NCBI GenBank assembly: GCA_964016885.1
Contig: OZ024741.1
Span: 51,584,001-51,648,000 of the forward strand
Origin: Eledone cirrhosa
Lineage: Eukaryota
DNA: 64,000 bases
Direction of reading: 5' to 3'
Made by a program: the position numbers and the translations under genes. Position 1 is the stretch's first letter, and every line of letters starts with the position of its first letter. A model generated the notes under the pieces. That model did no database searches, had not been told where the DNA came from, and saw nothing but the letters and a program-made list of their open reading frames with translations. Positions 30,001 through 43,084 of the stretch are shown here, piece by piece.

Positions 30001-33000
30001 ATATGTGTGTGTTGTGTCTGTTGTTGGTGACTGATAGGAACACTGTACAATATTAGGGTAGTGTGATATGTGTGTGTTGTGTCTGTTGTTGGTGGCTGAT
30101 AGGAACACTGTACAATATTAGGGTAGTGTGATATCTGTGTGTTGTGTCTGTTGTTGGTGGCTGATAGGAACACTGTACAATATTAGGGTAGTGTGATATG
30201 TGTGTGTTGTGTCTGTTGTTGGTGACTGATAGGAACACAGTACAATATTAGGGTATTGTGATATGTGTGTGTTGTGTCTGTTGTTGGTGACTGATAGGAA
30301 CACTGTACAATATTAGGGTAGTGTGATATGTGTGTGTTGTGTCTGTTGTTGGTGGCTGATAGGAACACTGTACAATATTAGGGTAGTGTGATATCTGTGT
30401 GTTGTGTCTGTTGTTGGTGACTGATAGGAACACTGTACAATATTAGGGTAGTGTGATATGTGTGTGTTGTGTCTGTTGTTGGTGACTGATAGGAACACAG
30501 TACAATATTAGGGTATTGTGATATGTGTGTGTTGTGTCTGTTGTTGGTGACTGATAGGAACACTGTACAATATTAGGGTAGTGTGATATGTGTGTGTTGT
30601 GTCTGTTGTTGGTGGCTGATAGGAACACTGTACAATATTAGGGTAGTGTGATATCTGTGTGTTGTGTCTGTTGTTGGTGACTGATAGGAACACTGTACAA
30701 TATTAGGGTAGTGTGATATCTGTGTGTTGTGTCTGTTGTTGGTGACTGATAGGAACACTGTACAATATTAGGGTAGTGTGATATGTGTGTGTTCTGTCTG
30801 TTGTTGGTGACTGATAGGAACACTGTACAATATTAGGGTAGTGTGATATCTGTGTGTTGTGTCTGTTGTTGGTGACTGATAGGAACACTGTACAATATTA
30901 GGGTAGTGTGATATCTGTGTGTTGTGTCTGTTGTTGGTGACTGATAGGAACACTGTACAATATTAGGGTAGTGTGATATCTGTGTGTTGTGTCTGTTGTT
31001 GGTGACTGATAGGAACACTGTACAATATTAGGGTAGTGTGATATGTGTGTTGTCTGTTGTTGGTGGCTGATAGGAACACTGTACAATATTAGGGTATTGT
31101 GATATCTGTGTGTTGTGTCTGTTGTTGGTGGCTGATAGGAACACTGTACAATATTAGGGTATCGTGATATGTGTGTGTTGTGTCTGTTGTTGGTGACTGA
31201 TAGGAACACTGTACAATATTAGGGTATTGTGATATGTGTGTGTTGTCTGTTGTTGGTGGCTGATAGGAACACTGTACAATATTAGGGTAGTGTGATATGT
31301 GTGTGTTGTGTCTGTTGTTGGTGACTGATAGGAACACAGTACAATATTAGGGTAGTGTGATATGTGTGTGTTGTGTCTGTTGTTGGTGACTGATAGGAAC
31401 ACTGTACAATATTAGGGTATTGTGATATGTGTGTGTTGTGTCTGTTGTTGGTGACTCATAGGAACACTGTACAATATTAGGGTATTGTGATATGTGTGTG
31501 TTGTGTCTGTTGTTGGTGACTGATAGGAACACTGTACAATATTAGGGTATTGTGATATGTGTGTGTTGTGTCTGTTGTTGGTGGCTGATAGGAACACTGT
31601 ACAATATTAGGGTATTGTGATATGTGTGTGTTGTGTCTGTTGTTGGTGGTTGATAGGAACACAGTACAATAGTAGGGTATTGTGATATGTGTGTGTTGTG
31701 TCTGTTGTTGGTGGCTGATAGGAACACTGTACAATATTAGGGTATTGTGATTTGTGTGTGTTGTGTCTGTTGTTGGTGGTTGATAGGAACACAGTACAAT
31801 ATTAGGGTAGTGTGATATGTGTGTGTTGTGTCTGTTGTTGGTGGTTGATAGGAACACAGTACAATATTAGGGTAGTGTGATATGTGTGTGTTGTGTCTGT
31901 TGTTGGTGACTGATAGGAACACTGTACAATATTAGGGTATTGTGATATCTGTGTGTTGTGTCTGTTGTTGGTGGCTGATAGGAACACTGTACAATATTAG
32001 GGTAGTGTGATATGTGTGTGTTGTGTCTGTTGTTGGTGGTTGATAGGAACACTGTACAATATTAGGGTATTGTGATATCTGTGTGTTGTGTCTGTTGTTG
32101 GTGGCTGATAGGAACACTGTACAATATTAGGGTATTGTGATATGTGTGTGTTGTGTCTGTTGTTGGTGGTTGATAGGAACACTGTACAATATTAGGGTAT
32201 TGTGATATCTGTGTGTTGTGTCTGTTGTTGGTGGTTGATAGGAACACAGTACAATATTAGGGTAGTGTGATATGTGTGTGTTGTGTCTGTTGTTGGTGGT
32301 TGATAGGAACACAGTACAATATTAGGGTAGTGTGATATGTGTGTGTTGTGTCTGTTGTTGGTGACTGATAGGAACACTGTACAATATTAGGGTATTGTGA
32401 TATCTGTGTGTTGTGTCTGTTGTTGGTGGCTGATAGGAACACTGTACAATATTAGGGTAGTGTGATATGTGTGTGTTGTGTCTGTTGTTGGTGGTTGATA
32501 GGAACACTGTACAATATTAGGGTATTGTGATATCTGTGTGTTGTGTCTGTTGTTGGTGGCTGATAGGAACACTGTACAATATTAGGGTATTGTGATATGT
32601 GTGTGTTGTGTCTGTTGTTGGTGGTTGATAGGAACACTGTACAATATTAGGGTATTGTGATATCTGTGTGTTGTGTCTGTTGTTGGTGACTGATAGGAAC
32701 ACTGTACAATATTAGGGTATTGTGATATCTGTGTGTTGTGTCTGTTGTTGGTGGCTGATAGGAACACTGTACAATATTAGGGTATTGTGATATCTGTGTG
32801 TTGTGTCTGTTGTTGGTGGCTGATAGGAACACTGTACAATATTAGGGTATTGTGATATGTGTGTGTGTTGTGTCTGTTGTTGGTGACTGATAGGAACACT
32901 GTACAATATTAGGGTATTGTGATATCTGTGTGTTGTGTCTGTTGTTGGTGGCTGATAGGAACACTGTACAATATTAGGGTATTGTGATATCTGTGTTGTG

Positions 33001-36000
33001 TCTGTTGTTGGTGACTGATAGGAACACTGTACAATATCAGGGTATTGTGATATCTGTGTGTTGTGTCTGTTGTTGGTGGTTGATAGGAACACTGTACAAT
33101 ATTAGGGTATTGTGATATCTGTGTTGTGTCTGTTGTTGGTGACTGATAGGAACACTGTACAATATTAGGGTATTGTGATATCTGTGTGTTGTGTCTGTTG
33201 TTGGTGACTGATAGGAACACTGTACAATATTAGGGTAGTGTGATATCTGTGTGTTGTGTCTGTTGTTGGTGGCTGATAGGAACACTGTACAATATTAGGG
33301 TATTGTGATATCTGTGTTGTGTCTGTTGTTGGTGACTGATAGCAACACTGTACAATATTAGGGTATTGTGATATCTGTGTGTTGTGTCTGTTGTTGTTGG
33401 CTGATAGGAACACTGTACAATATTAGGGTAGTGTGATATGTGTGTGTTGTGTCTGTTGTTGGTGGCTGATAGGAACACTGTACAATATTAGGGTATTGTG
33501 ATATCTGTGTGTTGTGTCTGTTGTTGGTGACTGATAGGAACACTGTACAATATTAGGGTATTGTGATATGTGTGTGTTGTGTCTGTTGTTGGTGACTGAT
33601 AGGAACACTGTACAATATTAGGGTATTGTGATATCTGTGTGTTGTGTCTGTTGTTGGTGACTGATAGGAACACTGTACAATATTAGGGTAGTGTGATATC
33701 TGTGTGTTGTGTCTGTTGTTGGTGACTGATAGGAACACTGTACAATATTAGGGTAGTGTGATATGTGTGTGTTGTGTCTGTTGTTGGTGACTGATAGGAA
33801 CACAGTACAATATTAGGGTATTGTGATATGTGTGTGTTGTGTCTGTTGTTGGTGACTGATAGGAACACTGTACAATATTAGGGTAGTGTGATATGTGTGT
33901 GTTGTGTCTTTTGTTGGTGGCTGATAGGAACACTGTACAATATTAGGGTAGTGTGATATCTGTGTGTTGTGTCTGTTGTTGGTGGCTGATAGGAACACTG
34001 TACAATATTAGGGTAGTGTGATATGTGTGTGTTGTGTCTGTTGTTGGTGACTGATAGGAACACAGTACAATATTAGGGTATTGTGATATGTGTGTGTTGT
34101 GTCTGTTGTTGGTGACTGATAGGAACACTGTACAATATTAGGGTAGTGTGATATGTGTGTGTTGTGTCTGTTGTTGGTGGCTGATAGGAACACTGTACAA
34201 TATTAGGGTAGTGTGATATCTGTGTGTTGTGTCTGTTGTTGGTGACTGATAGGAACACTGTACAATATTAGGGTAGTGTGATATGTGTGTGTTGTGTCTG
34301 TTGTTGGTGACTGATAGGAACACAGTACAATATTAGGGTATTGTGATATGTGTGTGTTGTGTCTGTTGTTGGTGACTGATAGGAACACTGTACAATATTA
34401 GGGTAGTGTGATATGTGTGTGTTGTGTCTGTTGTTGGTGGCTGATAGGAACACTGTACAATATTAGGGTAGTGTGATATCTGTGTGTTGTGTCTGTTGTT
34501 GGTGACTGATAGGAACACTGTACAATATTAGGGTAGTGTGATATCTGTGTGTTGTGTCTGTTGTTGGTGACTGATAGGAACACTGTACAATATTAGGGTA
34601 GTGTGATATGTGTGTGTTCTGTCTGTTGTTGGTGACTGATAGGAACACTGTACAATATTAGGGTAGTGTGATATCTGTGTGTTGTGTCTGTTGTTGGTGA
34701 CTGATAGGAACACTGTACAATATTAGGGTAGTGTGATATCTGTGTGTTGTGTCTGTTGTTGGTGACTGATAGGAACACTGTACAATATTAGGGTAGTGTG
34801 ATATGTGTGTTGTCTGTTGTTGGTGGCTGATAGGAACACTGTACAATATTAGGGTATTGTGATATCTGTGTGTTGTGTCTGTTGTTGGTGGCTGATAGGA
34901 ACACTGTACAATATTAGGGTATCGTGATATGTGTGTGTTGTGTCTGTTGTTGGTGACTGATAGGAACACTGTACAATATTAGGGTATTGTGATATGTGTG
35001 TGTTGTCTGTTGTTGGTGGCTGATAGGAACACTGTACAATATTAGGGTAGTGTGATATGTGTGTGTTGTGTCTGTTGTTGGTGACTGATAGGAACACAGT
35101 ACAATATTAGGGTAGTGTGATATGTGTGTGTTGTGTCTGTTGTTGGTGACTGATAGGAACACTGTACAATATTAGGGTATTGTGATATGTGTGTGTTGTG
35201 TCTGTTGTTGGTGACTCATAGGAACACTGTACAATATTAGGGTATTGTGATATGTGTGTGTTGTGTCTGTTGTTGGTGACTGATAGGAACACTGTACAAT
35301 ATTAGGGTATTGTGATATGTGTGTGTTGTGTCTGTTGTTGGTGGCTGATAGGAACACTGTACAATATTAGGGTATTGTGATATGTGTGTGTTGTGTCTGT
35401 TGTTGGTGGTTGATAGGAACACAGTACAATAGTAGGGTATTGTGATATGTGTGTGTTGTGTCTGTTGTTGGTGGCTGATAGGAACACTGTACAATATTAG
35501 GGTATTGTGATATGTGTGTGTTGTGTCTGTTGTTGGTGGTTGATAGGAACACAGTACAATATTAGGGTAGTGTGATATGTGTGTGTTGTGTCTGTTGTTG
35601 GTGGTTGATAGGAACACAGTACAATATTAGGGTAGTGTGATATGTGTGTGTTGTGTCTGTTGTTGGTGACTGATAGGAACACTGTACAATATTAGGGTAT
35701 TGTGATATCTGTGTGTTGTGTCTGTTGTTGGTGGCTGATAGGAACACTGTACAATATTAGGGTAGTGTGATATGTGTGTGTTGTGTCTGTTGTTGGTGGT
35801 TGATAGGAACACTGTACAATATTAGGGTATTGTGATATCTGTGTGTTGTGTCTGTTGTTGGTGGCTGATAGGAACACTGTACAATATTAGGGTATTGTGA
35901 TATGTGTGTGTTGTGTCTGTTGTTGGTGGTTGATAGGAACACTGTACAATATTAGGGTATTGTGATATCTGTGTGTTGTGTCTGTTGTTGGTGACTGATA

Positions 36001-39000
36001 GGAACACAGTACAATATTAGGGTAGTGTGATATCTGTGTGTTGTGTCTGTTGTTGGTGGCTGATAGGAACACTGTACAATATTAGGGTATTGTGATATCT
36101 GTGTGTTGTGTCTGTTGTTGGTGGCTGATAGGAACACTGTACAATATTAGGGTAGTGTGATATCTGTGTGTTGTGTCTGTTGTTGGTGGCTGATAGGAAC
36201 ACTGTACAATATTAGGGTAGTGTGATATGTGTGTGTTGTGTCTGTTGTTGGTGGCTGATAGGAACACTGTACAATATTAGGGTATTGTGATATGTGTGTG
36301 TGTTGTGTCTGTTGTTGGTGGCTGATAGGAACACTGTACAATATTAGGGTATTGTGATATGTGTGTGTTGTGTCTGTTGTTGGTGGCTGATAGGAACACT
36401 GTACAATATTAGGGTATTGTGATATCTGTGTGTTATGTCTGTTGTTGGTGACTGATAGGAACATTGTACAATATTAGGGTATTGTGATATGTGTGTGTGT
36501 TGTGTCTGTTGTTGGTGACTGATAGGAACACTGTACAATATTAGGGTATTGTGATATCTGTGTGTTGTGTCTGTTGTTGGTGGCTGATAGGAACACTGTA
36601 CAATATTAGGGTATTGTGATATCTGTGTGTTGTGTCTGTTGTTGGTGGCTGATAGGAACACTGTACAATATTAGGGTATTGTGATATGTGTGTGTGTTGT
36701 GTCTGTTGTTGGTGGCTGATAGGAACACTGTACAATATTAGGGTATTGTGATATGTGTGTGTTGTGTCTGTTGTTGGTGGCTGATAGGAACACTGTACAA
36801 TATTAGGGTATTGTGATATCTGTGTGTTATGTCTGTTGTTGGTGACTGATAGGAACACTGTACAATATTAGGGTATTGTGATATCTGTGTGTTGTGTCTG
36901 TTGTTGGTGGCTGATAGGAACACTGTACAATATTAGGGTATTGTGATATCTGTGTGTTGTGTCTGTTGTTGGTGGCTGATAGGAACACTGTACAATATTA
37001 GGGTATTGTGATATCTGTGTGTTGTGTCTGTTGTTGGTGGCTGATAGGAACACCGTACAATATTAGGGTATTGTGATATGTGTGTGTTGTGTCTGTTGTT
37101 GGTGGCTGATAGGAACACTGTACAATATTAGGGTATTGTGATATCTGTGTGTTATGTCTGTTGTTGGTGACTGATAGGAACACTGTACAATATTAGGGTA
37201 TTGTGATATGTGTGTGTTGTGTCTGTTGTTGGTGGCTGATAGGAACACTGTACAATATTAGGGTATTGTGATATGTGTGTGTTGTGTCTGTTGTTGGTGG
37301 CTGATAGGAACACTGTACAATATTAGGGTAGTGTGATATCTGTGTGTTGTGTCTGTTGTTGGTGGCTGATAGGAACACTGTACAATATTAGAGTAGTGTG
37401 ATATCTGTGTGTTATGTCTGTTGTTGGTGACTGATAGGAACACTGTACAATATTAGGGTATTGTGATATGTGTGTGTTGTGTCTGTTGTTGGTGGCTGAT
37501 AGGAACACTGTACAATATTAGGGTATTGTGATATCTGTGTGTTGTCTGTTGTTGGTGGCTGATAGGAACACTGTACAATATTAGGGTAGTGTGATATGTG
37601 TGTGTTGTGTCTGTTGTTGGTGGCTGATAGGAACACTGTACAATATTAGGGTATTGTGATATGTGTGTGTTGTGTCTGTTGTTGGTGGCTGATAGGAACA
37701 CTGTTCAATATTAGGGTATTGTGATATGTGTGTGTTGTGTCTGTTGTTGGTGGCTGATAGGAACACTGTACAATATTAGGGTAGTGTGATATGTGTGTGT
37801 TGTGTCTGTTGTTGGTGACTGATAGGAACACTGTACAATATTAGGGTATTGTGATATGTGTATGTTGTGTCTGTTGTTGGTGGCTGATAGGAACACTGTA
37901 CAATATTAGGGTATTGTGATATGTGTGTGTTGTGTCTGTTGTTGGTGGCTGATAGGAACACTGTACAATATTAGGGTATTGTGATATGTGTGTGTTGTGT
38001 CTGTTGTTGGTGGCTGATAGGAACACTGTACAATATTAGGGTATTGTGATATCTGTGTGTTGTGTCTGTTGTTGGTGGCTGATAGGAACACTGTACAATA
38101 TTAGGGTATTGTGATATCTGTGTGTTGTGTCTGTTGTTGGTGGCTGATAGGAACACTGTACAATATTAGGGTATTGTGATATCTGTGTGTTGTGTCTGTT
38201 GTTGGTGGCTGATAGGAACACTGTACAATATTAGGGTATTGTGATATCTGTGTGCTGTGTCTGTTGTTGGTGGTTGATAGGAACACTGTACAATATTGGG
38301 TATTGTGATATGTGTGTGTTGTGTCTGTTGTTGGTGGCTGATAGGAACACTGTACAATATTAGGGTATTGTGATATCTGTGTGTTGTGTCTGTTGTTGGT
38401 GGCTGATAGGAACACTGTACAATATTAGGGTATTGTGATATCTGTGTGTTGTGTCTGTTGTTGGTGGCTGATAGGAACACTGTACAATATTAGGGTATTG
38501 TGATATCTGTGTGTTGTGTCTGTTGTTGGTGGCTGATAGGAACACTGTACAATATTAGGATATTGTGATATCTGTGTGTTGTGTCTGTTGTTGGTGGCTG
38601 ATAGGAACACTGTACAATATTAGGGTATTGTGATATCTGTGTGCTGTGTCTGTTGTTGGTGGTTGATAGGAACACTGTACAATATTAGGGTAGTGTGATA
38701 TGTGTGTGTTGTGTCTGTTGTTGGTGGCTGATAGGAACACTGTACAATATTAGGGTATTGTGATATTTGTGTGTTGTGTCTATTGTTGGTGGCTGATAGG
38801 AACACTGTACAATATTAGGGTAGTGTGATATGTGTGTGTTGTGTCTGTTGTTGGTGGCTGATAGGAACACTGTACAATATTAGGGTATTGTGATATCTGT
38901 GTGTTGTGTCTGTTGTTGGTGGCTGATAGGAACACTGTACAATATTAGGGTATTGTGATATCTGTGTGTTGTGTCTGTTGTTGGTGGCTGATAGGAACAC

Positions 39001-41389
39001 TGTACAATATTAGGGTATTGTGATATCTGTGTGCTGTGTCTGTTGTTGGTGGTTGATAGGAACACTGTACAATATTAGGGTAGTGTGATATGTGTGTGTT
39101 GTGTCTGTTGTTGGTGGCTGATAGGAACACTGTACAATATTAGGGTATTGTGATATTTGTGTGTTGTGTCTATTGTTGGTGGCTGATAGGAACACTGTAC
39201 AATATTAGGGTAGTGTGATATGTGTGTGTTGTGTCTGTTGTTGGTGGCTGATAGGAACACTGTACAATATTAGGGTATTGTGATATCTGTGTGTTGTGTC
39301 TGTTGTTGGTGGCTGATAGGAACACTGTACAATATTAGGGTATTGTGATATCTGTGTGTTGTGTCTGTTGTTGGTGGCTGATAGGAACACTGTACAATAT
39401 TAGGGTATTGTGATATCTGTGTGTTGTGTCTGTTGTTGGTGGCTGATAGGAACACTGTACAATATTAGGATATTGTGATATCTGTGTGTTGTGTCTGTTG
39501 TTGGTGGCTGATAGGAACACTGTACAATATTAGGGTATTGTGATATCTGTGTGCTGTGTCTGTTGTTGGTGGTTGATAGGAACACTGTACAATATTAGGG
39601 TAGTGTGATATGTGTGTGTTGTGTCTGTTGTTGGTGGCTGATAGGAACACTGTACAATATTAGGGTATTGTGATATTTGTGTGTTGTGTCTATTGTTGGT
39701 GGCTGATAGGAACACTGTACAATATTAGGGTAGTGTGATATGTGTGTGTTGTGTCTGTTGTTGGTGGCTGATAGGAACACTGTACAATATTAGGGTATTC
39801 TGATATTTGTGTGTTGTGTCTGTTGTTGGTGGCTGATAGGAACACTGTACAATATTAGGGTATTGTGATATCTGTGTGTTGTGTCTGTTGTTGGTGGCTG
39901 ATAGGAACACTGTACAATATTAGGGTAGTGTGATATCTGTGTGTTGTGTCTGTTGTTGGTGGCTGATATGAACACTGTACAATATTAGGGTATTGTGATA
40001 TCTGTGTGTTGTGTCTGTTGTTGGTGGCTGATAGGAACACTGTACAATATTAGGGTATTGTGATATCTGTGTTGTGTCTGTTGTTGGTGACTGATAGCAA
40101 CACTGTACAATATTAGGGTTTTGTGATATCTGTGTGTTGTGTCTGTTGTTGGTGGCTGATAGGAACACCGTACAATATTAGGGTAGTGTGATATCTGTGT
40201 GTTGTGTCTGTTGTTGGTGGCTGATAGGAACACCGTACAATATTAGGGTAGTGTGATATGTGTGTGTTGTGTCTGTTGTTGGTGGCTGATAGGAACACTG
40301 TACAATATTAGGGTATTGTGATATCTGTGTGTTGTGTCTGTTGTTGGTGGCTGATAGGAACACCGTACAATATTAGGGTAGTGTGATATGTGTGTGTTGT
40401 GTCTGTTGTTGGTGGCTGATAGGAACACTGTACAATATTAGGGTATTGTGATATCTGTGTGTTGTGTCTGTTGTTGGTGGCTGATAGGAACACTGTACAA
40501 TATTAGGGTATTGTGATATGTGTGTGTTGTGTCTGTTGTTGGTGGCTGATAGGAACACTGTACAATATTAGGGTATTGTGATATCTGTGTGTTGTGTCTG
40601 TTGTTGGTGGCTGATAGGAACACTGTACAATATTAGGGTATTGTGATATGTGTGTGTTGTGTCTGTTGTTGGTGGCTGATAGGAACACTGTACAATATTA
40701 GGGTATTGTGATATCTGTGTGTTGTGTCTGTTGTTGGTGACTGATAGGAACACTCTACAATATCAGGGTAGTGTGATATCTGTGTGTTGTGTCTGTTGTT
40801 GGTGGCTGATAGGAACACTGTACAATATTAGGGTATTGTGATATCTGTGTGTTGTGTCTGTTGTTGGTGGCTGATAGGAACACTGTACAATATTAGGGTA
40901 TTGTGATTTCTGTGTGTTGTGTCTGTTGTTGGTGGCTGATAGGAACACTGTACAATATTTGGGTATTGTGATATCTGTGCGTTGTGTCTGTTGTTGGTGG
41001 CTGATAGGAACACTGTACAATATTAGGGTATTGTAATATCTGTCGTGGCTGCTGCTGGTGGCTGATAGGAACACTGTACAATATTAGGGTATTGTGATAT
41101 GTGTGTGTTGTGTCTGTTGTTGGTGGCTGATAGGAACACTGTACAATATTAGGGTATTGTGATATCTGTGTGTTGTGTCTGTTGTTGGTGGCTGATAGGA
41201 ACACTGTACAATATTAGGGTATTGTGATTTCTGTGTGTTGTGTCTGTTGTTGGTGGCTGATAGGAACACTGTACAATATTTGGGTATTGTGATATCTGTG
41301 CGTTGTGTCTGTTGTTGGTGGCTGATAGGAACACTGTACAATATTAGGGTATTGTAATATCTGTCGTGGCTGTTGCTGGTGGCTGATAG
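1..41389. repeat. 65-bp satellite tandem array (~635 monomers), open at the left window edge
   Basis: Continuous head-to-tail monomer CTGATAGGAACACTGTACAATATTAGGGTATTGTGATATCTGTGTGTTGTGTCTGTTGTTGGTGG, with 63/67-bp variants from (TG) slippage. ORF track recurs every 65 nt. Ends at ...GGCTGATAG 41389. Confidence 0.99.
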
Positions 41390-41422
41390 CATCTTTTCAG
41401 ATATGTTGTTTGTATTTTTTAG

Positions 41423-41521
41423 AAAAACACATCTCGGTCTCGTCGTAAAAACCAACACAGAACTACCAATACCCAGAACAATCCTTATTCTATCAAAGAT
41501 GGAGATCTCATTGCAGTCAAG
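41423..41521 (+). CDS. USP40: USP40-like deubiquitinase, third-last coding exon (phase 0/0)
   Basis: ttgtattttttAG|...AAG|GTacgt; 99 nt = KNTSRSRRKNQHRTTNTQNNPYSIKDGDLIAVK. Resembles the USP40 C-terminal motif PYYLKDGDTIGVK (recalled, not searched). Confidence 0.85.
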
Positions 41522-41530
41522 GTACGTTTT

Positions 41531-41716
41531 TATATACACTGCCTCTAACACTGTTGTATATATACCTCTAACACTGTTGTATATGCATTGCCTTTAACAC
41601 TGTTGTATATACATTGCCTCTATCACTGTTGTATATACACCTCTAACACAGTATTATATACACTACCTCTATCACAGTACTATATGCACCACCTCTAACA
41701 CAGCTCTATATACACC
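41531..41716. repeat. Degenerate ~25-28-bp minisatellite (~7 copies) just after the splice donor
   Basis: Repeated TATACACTGCCTCTAACACTGTTGTA-like units. Confidence 0.8.
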
Positions 41717-41719
41717 AGA

Positions 41720-42472
41720 CTTCTTCCTGAGAGAGTCGTCAGGGCAGAGTCCTCAAACACTCCTTCCAGTGGGTCCTGTCAGAAACAATCATCTCCAACT
41801 GATCTGGCTGGATCCCCAAATGAGACCAGCCAAGCTCCTGGATGTTATTGGAATATCTTGCTTGGAGCTGTAAAATCTGTCCAACAATTCTTTCCTGATA
41901 CATTCTAATCACATGCCCATAATATTGAAGTTATGATATTGCAATTCATAGAAGTAGTGGCTCTACTTGGAGTGACTCTGATCTCTGAGCTAGACTCTCT
42001 ATTAAATGACATTACTCCAAAGCCCCTTCGGAGGAACCTCAGTTTGGCTACTTGTAATTCGCGATTGTATTCTTTTGGTCATTACCCGAGATTCATGACC
42101 GTAGGCTTGGCATGAATACTGAATTTGGTTTTCATACCTGGCATTCTCCTTCTGATTACCAAATGCTGAAGCTGGTTCATTGCTACACCAGCTCCTGCAA
42201 TTCTTGTACTTAATTTTAATTCAGCTTCCTGTCTTCCATCACTCATGAACACGGCTCCGAGATACTTGGACTTCTCCACCTGCTTCAGTGGAACTCCATT
42301 CACATGTAGTGCATTGCACAGGCTTCCTTGAGGGGATGAATGTTTCAGTTTTTGCAGCACTGATTTTCATTCCAGCCATGCAGCACTTGGCATCTAACCT
42401 ATCAAATGTAAGCCGGAGATCACCTGTTGAATTAAGTAACACTATGCTGTCTGCAAATTCCAGCCGACTAAT
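41720..42472 (-). mobile_element. Decayed RTE-clade LINE, 3' fragment
   Basis: Minus-strand frames give SRLEFADSIV (FADD motif relic), GMKISAAKTE and LKQVEKSKYLG...SDGRQEAEL; frameshifted. Confidence 0.85.
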
Positions 42473-42799
42473 TGAAGTTGTTAAAAATATGTAGAGGTAA
42501 TGTCCTAAGTTTGATTTCTTCCTGCAAAATTTGTGTTGTCCTTCTGTGAGTGATTGTTAATAAGTTGGCAGCAGCATAAACAACAGTTTTTGATGAAATG
42601 AGTTGTAATTGCCCTAAAAGGAGGTTATGCTGTCTGTTTGGTGGTCTGTAGCTGGAGTATTCCACTATACTCTCAGATGCTTAAAAACAATGAAACTGAT
42701 GAGCCCTGAATTTTTGTAAATCTTAACTATACCTTCCCACCATTACAAATCTGTGAGTAATCTTGTGAATTATTTATTTATTTTCTCTTTTTTACCCAG

Positions 42800-42903
42800 A
42801 ACATCTTTGAAGAGACCGGTGAAATGACTGACTTTTCAACGGCCGAAGATGACCAGAACAAGGAGAAACTGAAGCTTGAATATAATGGACACTCGAATAA
42901 TGA
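42800..42903 (+). CDS. USP40: USP40-like, penultimate coding exon (phase 0/2)
   Basis: tctttttttacccAG|AAC...GA|GTatgt; NIFEETGEMTDFSTAEDDQNKEKLKLEYNGHSNN, in frame with the previous exon. Resembles the USP40 segment DFSTIRDDTGKEK. Confidence 0.85.
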
Positions 42904-43084
42904 GTATGTTTTATTTTTTTTTTACCTTCTGTTTAACTGTTTTGATACCAAATTACTTGATCCAATGATGTGGTGGTGGGGGAATATAATCATCCATATT
43001 CCTATCTCTTTCTCTCTTCCTCACCCTCACCCCAAAATGTTTGCCATTATGCTACTTCTAGAAATTATTGTTACCATGGAGTGA

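Noticed and set aside
25-41334. Hundreds of 61-147 aa minus-strand ORFs (MFLSATNNRH...)
   Set aside because: Translations of the 65-bp satellite cycling through frames from GTG starts. The unit is not a multiple of 3 and there is no coding signal.
1-41389. CRISPR-like array
   Set aside because: No unique spacers (the whole monomer repeats), no cas genes, and a eukaryotic intron-exon context.
1-41389. Hammerhead-containing satellite (as in newt or schistosome satellites), suggested by CTGATAG
   Set aside because: The core needs CUGANGA plus GAAA flanking stem II. The monomer has CUGAUAG and no GAAA on either strand.
1-41389. True telomere or G-quadruplex array
   Set aside because: Only one TTAGGG per 65 bp, and the G-runs are too far apart.
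41391-41400. Alternative acceptor TTTTCAG at 41400
   Set aside because: It adds 22 nt, shifting the frame or placing TAG in frame with the USP40-like peptide.
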